In this document: positions 1 through 9,039 of the stretch, one piece after another
How the letters are laid out: the number at the start of each line of letters is the position of its first letter
How positions within the stretch are numbered: the first letter of the stretch is position 1
Assembly (NCBI GenBank): GCA_903822525.1
Contig: CAIJPI010000180.1
Location: forward strand, 46,371-110,370
DNA length: 64,000 nucleotides
Direction of reading: 5' to 3'
Origin: an uncultured Bacteroidales bacterium
GTDB lineage: Bacteria; Bacteroidota; Bacteroidia; Bacteroidales; UBA4417
Program-made: the position numbers and the translations under genes
Notes under the pieces: model-generated
The model's input: only the letters and a program-made list of their open reading frames with translations
Database searches by the model: none
What the model was told of the DNA's origin: nothing

Positions 1-2
1 GT

Positions 3-812
3 AATCACACAATTCAGAATGGAGAAAAAATTTCTCTTAGCGGCATAGGTGAACTGCTGCTGAATTCATCAGGAAGAATAGAATTTGTTCCTTCAAATCA
101 AATTAATTTTAATGCTGATTCGTTTGGACTTCCTGTGTTCATTGCTAAAACTGTTGATCGGGGATCATTTAATTTAACTGAAGTACAGTCAGTAAAGCAT
201 TCGAAAAAATCTTCTCAATTACGCCGTTTAGTCCCTGAGACCCTGAAATGGGCAGCAGTACTGGCCCCTTTTATCGCTTTTGTATTATGGGGCACAATGA
301 ATGGTAATGTGATTGATAACTATGTTCATAATTATACAGGGATGTCATCTTGGGTGCGTTCAACACCTGGTAAAACTGTCCCTGCCCAAATAGCCACTCC
401 TGCCAGATTATCAATTAAGGCAATCACTTCAGACAATGTGCAGCCTTATTTGAAAGAATTCTCGGATAAAAAATTGGCGGTTAATCCAGGTATTGCATCT
501 TATGCCGAATTGGCAAAATGTGATATGTATATTAATGAAAAACAGTATATTGAATCAATCCATACGGCAATTTCCGAAAAGGTCTATCATGTAATTGGAG
601 GAGCTTTCCGTGATCAGGATAATGCAATAAAACTTATCAGTATTTTGGAAAAGCAGGGATATCCTGCATCCATAGTTGATACTACTCCTGGTGGGCTTTA
701 TGTTGTCAGCATGAAAGGGTTTGACAACTACAACGAAGCAACTACGAAATTGGGTGAGATTAAGAAAAATGGATTTGCTGCTTCCTGGATACTAAAGAAG
801 AATAAAGGATAA
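3..812 (+). CDS. SPOR domain-containing protein, 5'-truncated by the window edge (HU-CCDC81-like part plus C-terminal SPOR)
   Basis: The frame is open from nt 3 (NHTIQNGEKISLSGIGELLLNSSGRIEFVPSNQINFNADSFGLP...) and is in frame with listed ORF 135..812. There is one hydrophobic helix (WAAVLAPFIAFVLWG). The C-terminal ~75 aa (YHVIGGAFRDQDNAIKLISILEKQGYPASIVD...YVVSMKGFDNYNEA) looks like a SPOR peptidoglycan-binding domain. Confidence 0.7.
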   Translation, partial: NHTIQNGEKISLSGIGELLLNSSGRIEFVPSNQINFNADSFGLPVFIAKTVDRGSFNLTEVQSVKHSKKSSQLRRLVPETLKWAAVLAPFIAFVLWGTMNGNVIDNYVHNYTGMSSWVRSTPGKTVPAQIATPARLSIKAITSDNVQPYLKEFSDKKLAVNPGIASYAELAKCDMYINEKQYIESIHTAISEKVYHVIGGAFRDQDNAIKLISILEKQGYPASIVDTTPGGLYVVSMKGFDNYNEATTKLGEIKKNGFAASWILKKNKG

Positions 813-874
813 AGTAACCAGGTATAATTTCACTTCAATAATCTTTTTACAGACTAACAAATACACTTCTAACC

Positions 875-1555
875 TTGGCTAAGAGGAAACTTCAGCGTTT
901 TGCTGAAAATGAAACTTTTAATCATTTTTTTCAACCCGGTTGGGAAGAACTTTCCGCCGGATTTTCTTTACACGGGAAATGGAATTCTGATTTCTTTCGC
1001 AATTATAACCCAGTTATTATTGAAGTTGGATGTGGTAAAGGTGAATATACTGTAGAACTGGCAAAAAAATACACTACTAAGAATTTCATTGGAATCGATA
1101 AGAAAGGTGCCCGCATGTGGAGAGGCGCCAAGACAAGCGATGAAGAAAAACACTCCAATGTTGCTTTCGTCAGAGTGCGTGCTGAAAATATCTGCAAAGT
1201 ATTCGGTGAGGCCGAGGTAGATGAAATATGGATTACATTCCCTGAGCCCCAGCCTAATAGCCCCCGGCATAGCAAACGATTCACATCCCCTGAATTTATA
1301 GAGCGATTTAAGAAAATACTAAAACCTGGAGGAATTATCCATCTTAAAACGGATAATGACATGTTCTATGATTATACACTTGATGTGATAAATGAGAATG
1401 GGCATATCCTCTTGTACAATAATAACAATCTGTACCTGCATCCGGATGAGCCGGAAGTAAAAGATGTAGTGGATGTGCAAACGCATTATGAAAAAATATG
1501 GCTTGAACAGGGCCTCACAATCAAGTATCTCAGATTTAAGCTTAAGGAAGATTAA
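875..1555 (+). CDS. trmB: tRNA (guanine-N7)-methyltransferase
   Basis: N-terminus KRKLQRFAEN, SAM-binding loop IIEVGCGKGEYTVELAKKY, and the TrmB signature FPEPQPNSPRHSKRF. A TTG start is required because the first ATG lies about 80 codons in. Confidence 0.88.
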   Translation: MAKRKLQRFAENETFNHFFQPGWEELSAGFSLHGKWNSDFFRNYNPVIIEVGCGKGEYTVELAKKYTTKNFIGIDKKGARMWRGAKTSDEEKHSNVAFVRVRAENICKVFGEAEVDEIWITFPEPQPNSPRHSKRFTSPEFIERFKKILKPGGIIHLKTDNDMFYDYTLDVINENGHILLYNNNNLYLHPDEPEVKDVVDVQTHYEKIWLEQGLTIKYLRFKLKED

Positions 1556-1596
1556 CTTTCTGCTATTTAGTTATTCTTCTGGTTCTGATAATTACT

Positions 1597-1971
1597 TTGC
1601 CGGGAATAATTGTTACTGATTTGTCATTGCTTTTGAATACAGAAATCTCATTTTTCGAAAAAGTGTATGCTGTTGTAGAACTTATCCCCTACGGCAGAGC
1701 AACTTCTTATGGTGCTATTGCACGATATTTAGGTTCGGGAGGCTCGTCGAGGATGGTGGGCTGGGCCATGAATGCATCACATCAGAAGTTGCAAAGCATT
1801 CCTGCGCACCGTGTTGTAAATAGAAATGGGCTGCTTACCGGGAAACGTCACTTTGGCGGACCATCAACCATGCAGCAACTTATTGAAAGTGAAGGCATTG
1901 TTGTAAAGGACGATCAGATTATTGATTTTCAGAATATCTTCTGGGATCCATTAAAAGAATTGGGGCTTTGA
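1597..1971 (+). CDS. MGMT-family DNA-binding protein, alkyltransferase-like (active-site Cys replaced by Ala)
   Basis: YGRATSYGAIARYLG...SRMVGWAM...IPAHRVVNRNGLLTG matches the C-terminal domain of O6-alkylguanine-DNA alkyltransferase. The PCHRV motif reads PAHRV (nt 1801-1815). A non-ATG start is needed, so the 5' end is uncertain. Confidence 0.8.
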   Translation: MPGIIVTDLSLLLNTEISFFEKVYAVVELIPYGRATSYGAIARYLGSGGSSRMVGWAMNASHQKLQSIPAHRVVNRNGLLTGKRHFGGPSTMQQLIESEGIVVKDDQIIDFQNIFWDPLKELGL

Positions 1972-2753
1972 GATAGAAGTATATTTTTTAAATTATTAGA
2001 GGATTCCAATACTAATTCAGATTTTAATATTTGAGCAGTAAGATTTGGCCAATATATATGGCTGTTCATTAGTTTGTTTTTTAAGAATCAGCAAGGTAAT
2101 TTTCTTTATTCCTGTGGAATTCAGCTTGTGTCAGAATGTATTTGTATTCAAATGTGCTTAACCGTTTTCGAATATTTCCTGCGAATTCGCGATATGCTCC
2201 CGCATTGCACACATAATTATTCCTGTTTTCAAAAAAACAAATCATTTCAAAGCTATAGAATGCATTGCCTGGTTCTCTGAAAATCAAAATATTTATACTG
2301 TGACTTCTGTTTCAGGAAGATTCAATCAAAACCATAATTTGTTATTTTCTTGTTTTTATACCCCGGAAAATTTACACATACCCTTTATCTGCGATTTGTT
2401 TAAAGCAATTGTCGAAAATGAGTATAAAGAAATTATAAAACAATTTCTTTGAAAAAGGGTATAAACAATATTTCATGATCAGAGCTGAAATGCTGATATG
2501 AAATGTATTTGCAAATATTCTTTTCTCTCCTGCCATTCTATTTTGAAGTAAGAACAGAGCGGATATATAATTAAAGGTAATTATGGAAATATTCTGATTT
2601 TTCTTATCAAGAAGTAAATAGTTTTAAATGGCAAAATATTTTAAAAAATAAAAATATTAAGCTTAGACGATAAAAATGGCAGTATAATTTAAAATAAGTA
2701 TAAAAAAAATTAGAAATGGGCAAAAAAATAGGGGGTAGAACTAAAATAAATAT

Positions 2754-2761
2754 TAAATTTG
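2754..2761 (+). promoter_or_regulatory. Candidate Bacteroidota -7 promoter box (TAAATTTG) for glnN
   Basis: Exact match to the TAnnTTTG consensus, 28 nt upstream of the ATG at 2789. Confidence 0.45.
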
Positions 2762-2788
2762 CGAACTAATATTAAATCTGAATATATT

Positions 2789-4978
2789 ATGGCAACTTTA
2801 AGATTCAAGGCATTGGAAGATGCACTTAAGAGAAGACCGGTCGAAATAAAAGCTCCCGGTGAAAAAATTTCTGATTATTTTGGTTTGAATGTTTTTGACC
2901 GGGTCAAGATGGAAAAGTACCTTCCGAAGGATGCTAATAAAGCCGTAATTGATGCCATTGACCATGGTAAGCGGATTGATATGAAGTTAGCAGACCAGAT
3001 TGCAATGGGGATGAAGAGTTGGGCAATGAGTCTTGGCGCCACGCATTATACACATTGGTTTCAGCCGCTAACAGAAAGTACTGCGGAAAAACACGATACT
3101 TTTACGATGCCAACCGGGCGAGGTACTGCCATTGAGGTATTCTCAGGTGAGCTTTTAGTGCAGCAGGAGCCTGATGCTTCGAGTTTTCCAAGCGGGGGCA
3201 TACGTAATACTTTTGAGGCCCGTGGCTATACTGCCTGGGATCCTTCTTCGCCAGCATTTGTGCTGGAAGATACATTGATTATACCTACAATTTTTATTTC
3301 TTATACAGGTGAAGCGCTGGATTATAAAACTCCTTTATTGAAAGCATTGCATTATCTGGATAAGGCAGCCGTGGAGGTTTGCCAGTATTTTGACAAAGAT
3401 GTTACAAGAGTAAACAGCAATCTGGGTTGGGAACAGGAATATTTTCTGGTTGACGAAGCTGTTTTTAATGCCCGTCCTGATCTGGTGCTTACCGAACGTA
3501 CTCTGATGGGACATGCATCAGCTAAGAATCAGCAGCTGGAGGATCAGTACTTTGGACAGATACCAAGCAGAGTTTTGGCATTTATGAAGGACCTTGAGTA
3601 TGAAGCATATAAACTTGGGATTCCGGTTAAGACACGTCACAATGAAGTGGCGCCGAACCAATATGAGTTAGCTCCAATTTATGAAGAAACTAACCTGGCA
3701 AATGATCATAATCTGTTATTAATGATGATTATGCGGAAAGTGGCTGGTCGTCACAGTTTTAAAGTGCTGCTTCATGAGAAACCTTTCTCAGGCATTAACG
3801 GTTCGGGGAAACACAATAACTGGTCGGTTTCAACTAATACCGGAGTAAATTTATTGTCGCCGGGAAAAACTCCAAGGTTAAACCTGCAGTTCCTCACTTT
3901 CCTGATCAATACACTTGCTGCAGTTTATAAGCATAATGCATTGCTAAAAGCCTCCATAGCATCGCCTGGCAACCAGCACCGACTAGGTGCTAATGAAGCC
4001 CCTCCTGCTATTATTTCGGCATTTCTTGGTCAGCAACTGACAAAAATGTTAGATGAGATTGAGCAAAGAGTTACTGATGAAAAGATGTCGCCGGAAGAAA
4101 AAACTGCTATTAAGCTTGATATTGGGAAGATCCCTGAAATATTACTGGATAATACAGATCGTAACCGGACTTCTCCATTTGCATTTACCGGAAACCGATT
4201 CGAATTCCGCGCTGTTGGATCATCCGCAAATTGTGCATCGGCAATGATTCCGTTGAATACTGCACTTGCTGTTCAACTAGTTGATTTTAAAACAGAAGTG
4301 GATGCAATTATTGAAAAAGGAGTAAAAAAGGATGAAGCGATATTACAGGTTCTCCGCAGGTTGATAAAAAAATCGAAACCCATACGGTATGATGGTAATG
4401 GATACAGTGACGAATGGAAAGTTGAGGCTGCAAAACGCGGACTTGATTGTGAAGCCATAGTGCCACTCATTTATGATGCATATTTAACTCCGCAAACACG
4501 CGAGCTTTTCAAGCGTGCAAATGTGTACACTGATATTGAGATGGAAGCCCGTACCGAAGTTCGGCATGAATTGTATTCGAAAAAAATACAAATTGAAGCA
4601 CGGGTATTAAGTGATCTGGCAATGAATCATATTCTGCCAACCGTAATTGAATACCAGGCCATGCTCATCAACAGCACACAAGGGCTGAAAAATCTTTACA
4701 GTGAGGAAGAATATAAAATACTTGCTTCGAGAAGACTGAAACTGATAAAAGAAATTTCGGATCATGTTGAGATTATTGAAAACAAAGTGAGCGAAATGAT
4801 TGAAGCCAGAAAACAGGCGAATACAATTGAAGATGCACGGGAAAAGTCGTTGGCATATGCAACAATTATTTTTCCTTACTTCGATGATATACGTTACCAT
4901 ATTGATAAACTTGAACTTATTGTTGATAACGAGAAATGGCCTTTACCAAAATATCGTGAGTTGTTGTTTATCCGGTAA
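2789..4978 (+). CDS. glnN: Glutamine synthetase, type III
   Basis: About 730 aa, the size typical of GS-III. It starts MATLRFKALEDA and contains the GS catalytic-region motif HNEVAPNQYELAP and NGSGKHNNWS. The ATG at 2789 is preferred over the upstream TTG at 2759, which overlaps the -7 box. Confidence 0.93.
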   Translation: MATLRFKALEDALKRRPVEIKAPGEKISDYFGLNVFDRVKMEKYLPKDANKAVIDAIDHGKRIDMKLADQIAMGMKSWAMSLGATHYTHWFQPLTESTAEKHDTFTMPTGRGTAIEVFSGELLVQQEPDASSFPSGGIRNTFEARGYTAWDPSSPAFVLEDTLIIPTIFISYTGEALDYKTPLLKALHYLDKAAVEVCQYFDKDVTRVNSNLGWEQEYFLVDEAVFNARPDLVLTERTLMGHASAKNQQLEDQYFGQIPSRVLAFMKDLEYEAYKLGIPVKTRHNEVAPNQYELAPIYEETNLANDHNLLLMMIMRKVAGRHSFKVLLHEKPFSGINGSGKHNNWSVSTNTGVNLLSPGKTPRLNLQFLTFLINTLAAVYKHNALLKASIASPGNQHRLGANEAPPAIISAFLGQQLTKMLDEIEQRVTDEKMSPEEKTAIKLDIGKIPEILLDNTDRNRTSPFAFTGNRFEFRAVGSSANCASAMIPLNTALAVQLVDFKTEVDAIIEKGVKKDEAILQVLRRLIKKSKPIRYDGNGYSDEWKVEAAKRGLDCEAIVPLIYDAYLTPQTRELFKRANVYTDIEMEARTEVRHELYSKKIQIEARVLSDLAMNHILPTVIEYQAMLINSTQGLKNLYSEEEYKILASRRLKLIKEISDHVEIIENKVSEMIEARKQANTIEDAREKSLAYATIIFPYFDDIRYHIDKLELIVDNEKWPLPKYRELLFIR

Positions 4979-5019
4979 TTATAATAAGTTTAAGTCTTCG
5001 TATTTATTCTGATTCTATA

Positions 5020-5061
5020 CCCCTTATCCGGTTGATCTTTCATGCCGGTGAGGGGGTTTTT
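5020..5061 (+). terminator. Rho-independent terminator after glnN
   Basis: CCCCTTATCCGG (5020-5031) pairs with CCGGTGAGGGGG (5045-5056) and is followed by TTTTT. Confidence 0.7.
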
Positions 5062-5394
5062 GTGATTAGACCCAAATCGCACGATTAGAGACTAGGCCGG
5101 ATATTTGTGTATAATGGTTTGCTATTTTGATTATTAAACGGGACTTCCAGCCCGATTTTTATTTTTGACACTCATCTTTCGGCTTATACTAAATTTCTTA
5201 AAACAATGCAGGCTTGCCAGACAGAAGGCAAATGGTAATTTAATGGATATACTGACACACTTGCCTTAGTTTATTCTTCAATTTATTTCATTGATTTTTT
5301 TATTTTTCAGGCTATAATTATTTTCAATTAGCAAGTGTATATCATTAATTAAATTATCTTTACGCATTCTAAATAAAAATAAGAAAAATAACTA

Positions 5395-6498
5395 ATGGAA
5401 ATTACTAAAGATCAGATAATCAATGCATTAAAAACTGTTCTTGATCCTGATTTACATAAAGATGTGGTATCGTTGGGGATGATTGAGGATATTGAAATTA
5501 GCGGTAAGAAAGTTAATTTCAAGCTGGTGCTTACCACACCGGCCTGCCCCATGAAAGAGAAGATGAAAAGTGACTGTATAAAGGCTATTCAATCGAGGGT
5601 AGATCCATATGCTGAAGTTACTGTTGAATTGTCGTCACGCACCACCACACGCCGGAAAAATGACGATACTATGCTGAAAGGTGTAAAGAATATCATTGCG
5701 GTAGTTTCAGGAAAAGGGGGAGTAGGCAAATCGACTGTTTCGGCTAACCTGGCAGTAGCATTGTCGCAGTTAGGCGCAAAGGTTGGATTACTTGATGCAG
5801 ATATTTATGGGCCTTCGGTTCCTATTATGTTTGACCTGGTGGATGCACATCCAAAAGCCCGCGAAGAAGATGGCAGGACTATACTTGAGCCTATTGAGAA
5901 ATACGGAATAAAGTTATTGTCAATTGGATTTTTTGTTGATCCTAATAAAGCATTGGTGTGGAGAGGTCCGATGGCATCCAATTATTTTACACAGATGCTT
6001 ACCGGCGGCGACTGGGGGGAACTCGACTATCTGGTAATCGATATGCCACCAGGAACCGGCGATATTCATTTAACATTGGTTCAGACTGTTCCGGTGACTG
6101 GTGCTGCAATTGTTACCACACCTCAGGATGTAGCACTTGCTGATGCACGCAAGGCATACAATATGTTTACTACAGATAGTGTCAAAGTGCCTGTATTGGG
6201 TCTAGTTGAAAATATGGCCTGGTTTACTCCAGCCGAGTTACCCGATAATAAATACTATATTTTTGGGAAAGAAGGCGGGAAACGTTTTGCTGAAGAGATC
6301 GGAGTGCCGCTGCTCGGACAAATACCACTGGTGCAGAGCATATGTGAGTCGGGAGATAGTGGTAGCCCAGTAGCAACGATGGATGAAACCTCTCCTGTTG
6401 CCCTTGCGTTCCGTTCGTTAGCTGAATCCATAGCACAGCAGATTGCAATAAGGAATGCAACTATTGAACCTACTCAGGTAGTTGAAATAAAATCGTAG
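5395..6498 (+). CDS. apbC: Mrp/NBP35 (ApbC-like) P-loop ATPase with an N-terminal DUF59 domain
   Basis: DUF59-like LKTVLDPDLHKDVVSLGMI...TTPACP. Deviant Walker A VVSGKGGVGKSTVSANLA. DYLVIDMPPGTGD is present. The usual CxxC after ENM is absent (see findings). Confidence 0.88.
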   Translation: MEITKDQIINALKTVLDPDLHKDVVSLGMIEDIEISGKKVNFKLVLTTPACPMKEKMKSDCIKAIQSRVDPYAEVTVELSSRTTTRRKNDDTMLKGVKNIIAVVSGKGGVGKSTVSANLAVALSQLGAKVGLLDADIYGPSVPIMFDLVDAHPKAREEDGRTILEPIEKYGIKLLSIGFFVDPNKALVWRGPMASNYFTQMLTGGDWGELDYLVIDMPPGTGDIHLTLVQTVPVTGAAIVTTPQDVALADARKAYNMFTTDSVKVPVLGLVENMAWFTPAELPDNKYYIFGKEGGKRFAEEIGVPLLGQIPLVQSICESGDSGSPVATMDETSPVALAFRSLAESIAQQIAIRNATIEPTQVVEIKS

Positions 6499-6562
6499 GA
6501 TTTTAGCATCTAGAGTATAATTAACCAAAGTACTATACAAACAACCAATTAAAACAAAGCAA

Positions 6563-6799
6563 ATGTCAGAATTAGAAACCAAAGTCCGTAATGTAATTGA
6601 ACAGATCCGTCCTTATCTGCAGGCTGACGGAGGGGATATCAGTTTTGTGGAACTTACAGGTGATAATGTGGTAAATGTTGAGCTACAGGGAGCCTGCGGT
6701 TCATGCCCTTTCAGCAGGATGACATTAAAGAACGGCGTTGAAGATGCAATGCGAAAAGCCCTGCCGGAAATCAAATCGGTAGAAGCAATAAATTTGTAA
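6563..6799 (+). CDS. NifU-like (Nfu C-terminal domain) Fe-S cluster protein
   Basis: 78 aa with IEQIRPYLQADGGDISFVEL and the CxxC motif GACGSCPFS. Confidence 0.85.
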   Translation: MSELETKVRNVIEQIRPYLQADGGDISFVELTGDNVVNVELQGACGSCPFSRMTLKNGVEDAMRKALPEIKSVEAINL

Positions 6800-6851
6800 A
6801 AACAGTTTCAGTCTAAATGCTTTTTGGAAACTGACAGATTTTTATCTGATG

Positions 6852-6888
6852 ATGGTGTGCGTCTTGTAAGAAGGTGCACACCATTTTT
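6852..6888 (+). terminator. Rho-independent terminator after the nifU-like gene
   Basis: Perfect 9-bp stem ATGGTGTGC (6852-6860) / GCACACCAT (6876-6884), then a T-run. Confidence 0.7.
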
Positions 6889-6996
6889 ATTGGGTCGAAT
6901 GATACTTTTAAAACTCATTATGCATGATTGATGCTGGTTTTTCGAAAGAGCAATTGATTAACCAAATCTTGTTTTGTAACTATTCACGCTAATTAA

Positions 6997-7148
6997 GCCA
7001 CAGATTATCTTCGGTGAGATCGCTTCGCTAAGTTCACAGATTATTAGTGCTGAGTATTATGTTTTAAAAGCAATAATTTCACTGATTTATAATATTTCAA
7101 CTGCCAAAGGCAGTTGAAATATTATAATTAAATCTGTGAATCTGTGGC
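6997..7148. repeat. Nested inverted-repeat (REP/MITE-like) intergenic element
   Basis: Left arm is GCCACAGATT (6997-7006) ... TTCACAGATT (7033-7042). Right arm is AATCTGTGAATCTGTGGC (7131-7148). The core is a perfect 17-bp-stem hairpin, ATAATATTTCAACTGCC-aaa-GGCAGTTGAAATATTAT (7089-7125). Confidence 0.7.
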
Positions 7149-7324
7149 ATTTATACATTTTAATGCTATTTGATTCGGGGCTGAGTAGTTACCTTGTTTT
7201 TAATTATTTGGGGAAAGAAAGAGTATAATAAGAAGAGTTCCAGATTGCCTGCCGAATACCAATTACAGTACAAGGAATTGAAAGAAAGTCTTGTGATAGT
7301 AAACAGAGGTAGATGTATTCCCTT

Positions 7325-8971
7325 CTATGCCAGATACCTTCCAACGATCGGCATCCTGCGTCCCTGTCCAAATGCCTTGGGCGAAACACGCAAGATTGGT
7401 GGTGTCTGGTGCCGTTTCCACTCGTTAGTATTTACCATGCGCAACACGCGCTTTACAATAGCCTCGTCAAAACCTGATTCAAGAAGGTCGGCAGGACTCT
7501 TTCTCATTTCGATATAATTATATAATATTTTGTCGAGAATATCATAATCAGGAAGTGAATCGCTGTCCTTCTGGCCAGGGCGGAGTTCCGCCGAAGGTGG
7601 TTTTACAATACTGTTAGTCGGTATAATTTCCTTTTCGCGATTGATAAAATGGGCCAGTTCATACACTTCAGTCTTATAAACATCGCCAAGCACCGAAATG
7701 CCACCACACATATCGCCGTATAAAGTGCCGTAACCAACTGCAGCTTCACTTTTGTTGGAGGTATTCAATAAAATGTATCCGAATTTATTGGCTAATGCCA
7801 TGAGTAATATCGCTCTTACACGCGCCTGTATATTTTCTTCGGCCACACTGAAAGGAAGCTCTTTAAAATAGGGAAGAAGCGAATCATGTAAAGTGTTGTA
7901 TCCTTCGGCTATGCTGATTGTGTCGTATTTGCAGTCCAGATTTTTGGCCAAAGTAACTGCATCGCTAATAGAATGATCAGAAGAATACTCTGAAGGTAAG
8001 AGCACTGCATATACATTCTTGTTACCCAGTGCTTCAGAAGCCAGGGCAAGTGTAACTGCTGAATCAATTCCACCGGATAAACCAAGTATAGCTTTCGAAA
8101 AACCCATTTTAGCAAAATAATCCCTTATTCCCATCACCAGGGCATCATGGATCAAGCCGGCTTTGGATGAATTTTTACTTTTTACAGTCAATTCAGACGT
8201 TAATGTTTTTTGCTCGGGATCGAAATCCACTGTGCATATATCTTCGTCGAATGCTTTGCATGATGCCACCTGATTGCTTCCGCTGTCAAGAACACAGGAA
8301 TTACCATCGAACAGTAACTCGGTTTGAGCACCAACCTGATTCACATACACAAGAGGAATTTTATACTGTGATGTATTTGCCCTGAGGATTTCGAGTCTTG
8401 TTTTTTGTTGGTCGTAATTGAATGGTGAAGCAGCGATGTTGATCATGATGTCAGGATTCTGAGCAGCCAATACATCCATAGGGTTCGAAATGTAAAGCGG
8501 GTCAGGGACGAGGTTCCAGATGTCTTCGCAAATGGTGAGTGCTATTTTTACTCCTTTAAAAGTGATACATTCATAGTTGCGGTTTGGTTCAAAGTACCGG
8601 TATTCGTCAAAAATATCATATGTGGGCAGTAAGGCTTTGTGTGCCAGTGACTGCACTTTGCCGTCGGCCAGCAACCATGCAGAATTGAAAAGGTTTTTCC
8701 CTTTACTGTCAGGGTTACGTGAAGGAGCTCCGACAATTGCTCCTATATCAGTACAATGTGCTGCAATGGTATCAATAGCTGAATGGCTTTTCTGAATGAA
8801 GTCGTCAAATTCGAGGAAATCGCGTGGAGGGTAGCCACAAACTGAGAGTTCAGCAAATACTACCAGATCAGCACCCTTAAGCCTGCATGTTTGAATTGTT
8901 TCGATAATTTTGGCCGTATTAAGGTCGAAATCACCAATGGTATAATTAAGTTGAGCAAGAGCAATTCGCAT
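7325..8971 (-). CDS. nadE: Glutamine-dependent NAD+ synthetase
   Basis: 548 aa. N-terminal CN-hydrolase domain (MRIALAQLNYTIGDF..., FAELSVCGYPP, LTICEDIW) plus a C-terminal NAD synthetase domain with PP-loop LGLSGGIDSAV. Confidence 0.93.
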   Translation of the reverse strand: MRIALAQLNYTIGDFDLNTAKIIETIQTCRLKGADLVVFAELSVCGYPPRDFLEFDDFIQKSHSAIDTIAAHCTDIGAIVGAPSRNPDSKGKNLFNSAWLLADGKVQSLAHKALLPTYDIFDEYRYFEPNRNYECITFKGVKIALTICEDIWNLVPDPLYISNPMDVLAAQNPDIMINIAASPFNYDQQKTRLEILRANTSQYKIPLVYVNQVGAQTELLFDGNSCVLDSGSNQVASCKAFDEDICTVDFDPEQKTLTSELTVKSKNSSKAGLIHDALVMGIRDYFAKMGFSKAILGLSGGIDSAVTLALASEALGNKNVYAVLLPSEYSSDHSISDAVTLAKNLDCKYDTISIAEGYNTLHDSLLPYFKELPFSVAEENIQARVRAILLMALANKFGYILLNTSNKSEAAVGYGTLYGDMCGGISVLGDVYKTEVYELAHFINREKEIIPTNSIVKPPSAELRPGQKDSDSLPDYDILDKILYNYIEMRKSPADLLESGFDEAIVKRVLRMVNTNEWKRHQTPPILRVSPKAFGQGRRMPIVGRYLA

Positions 8972-9039
8972 GATTTAGCTTTTACCGAAGATTAGATCCA
9001 GAAGTATGATAGCCGAACAGGGAAAAGACGAATATTGTT

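Noticed and set aside
2074-2287. Two mutually antisense 68-codon ORFs in the ATL-glnN spacer
   Set aside because: They occupy the same DNA on opposite strands and are Cys/Phe/Asn-rich with no recognisable motif. I briefly considered a cNMP-binding or AraC-like fragment (FREPGNAFYSF), but the match is too weak. No -7 box is suitably placed.
2626-2722. Possible sigma-54 promoters (TGGCA) upstream of glnN
   Set aside because: The TGGCA elements are not followed by TTGC at the required N5-6 spacing; the sequences are TGGCAAAATATTTTA and TGGCAGTATAATTTA. They do not fit the -24/-12 consensus. They are kept only as unexplained direct repeats.
7177-7184. GGGGCTGA, identical to the 5' start of tmRNA (ssrA)
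   Set aside because: The following sequence does not continue like tmRNA. No tRNA-like 3' end (GGTTCGA.TCC...CCA) or tag-peptide ORF is present downstream, and the region runs straight into the nadE 3' end.
7194-7517. 107-aa plus-strand ORF overlapping the 3' end of nadE
   Set aside because: About 190 nt of it overlaps the strongly supported nadE gene on the opposite strand. It has an implausible composition and no motif.
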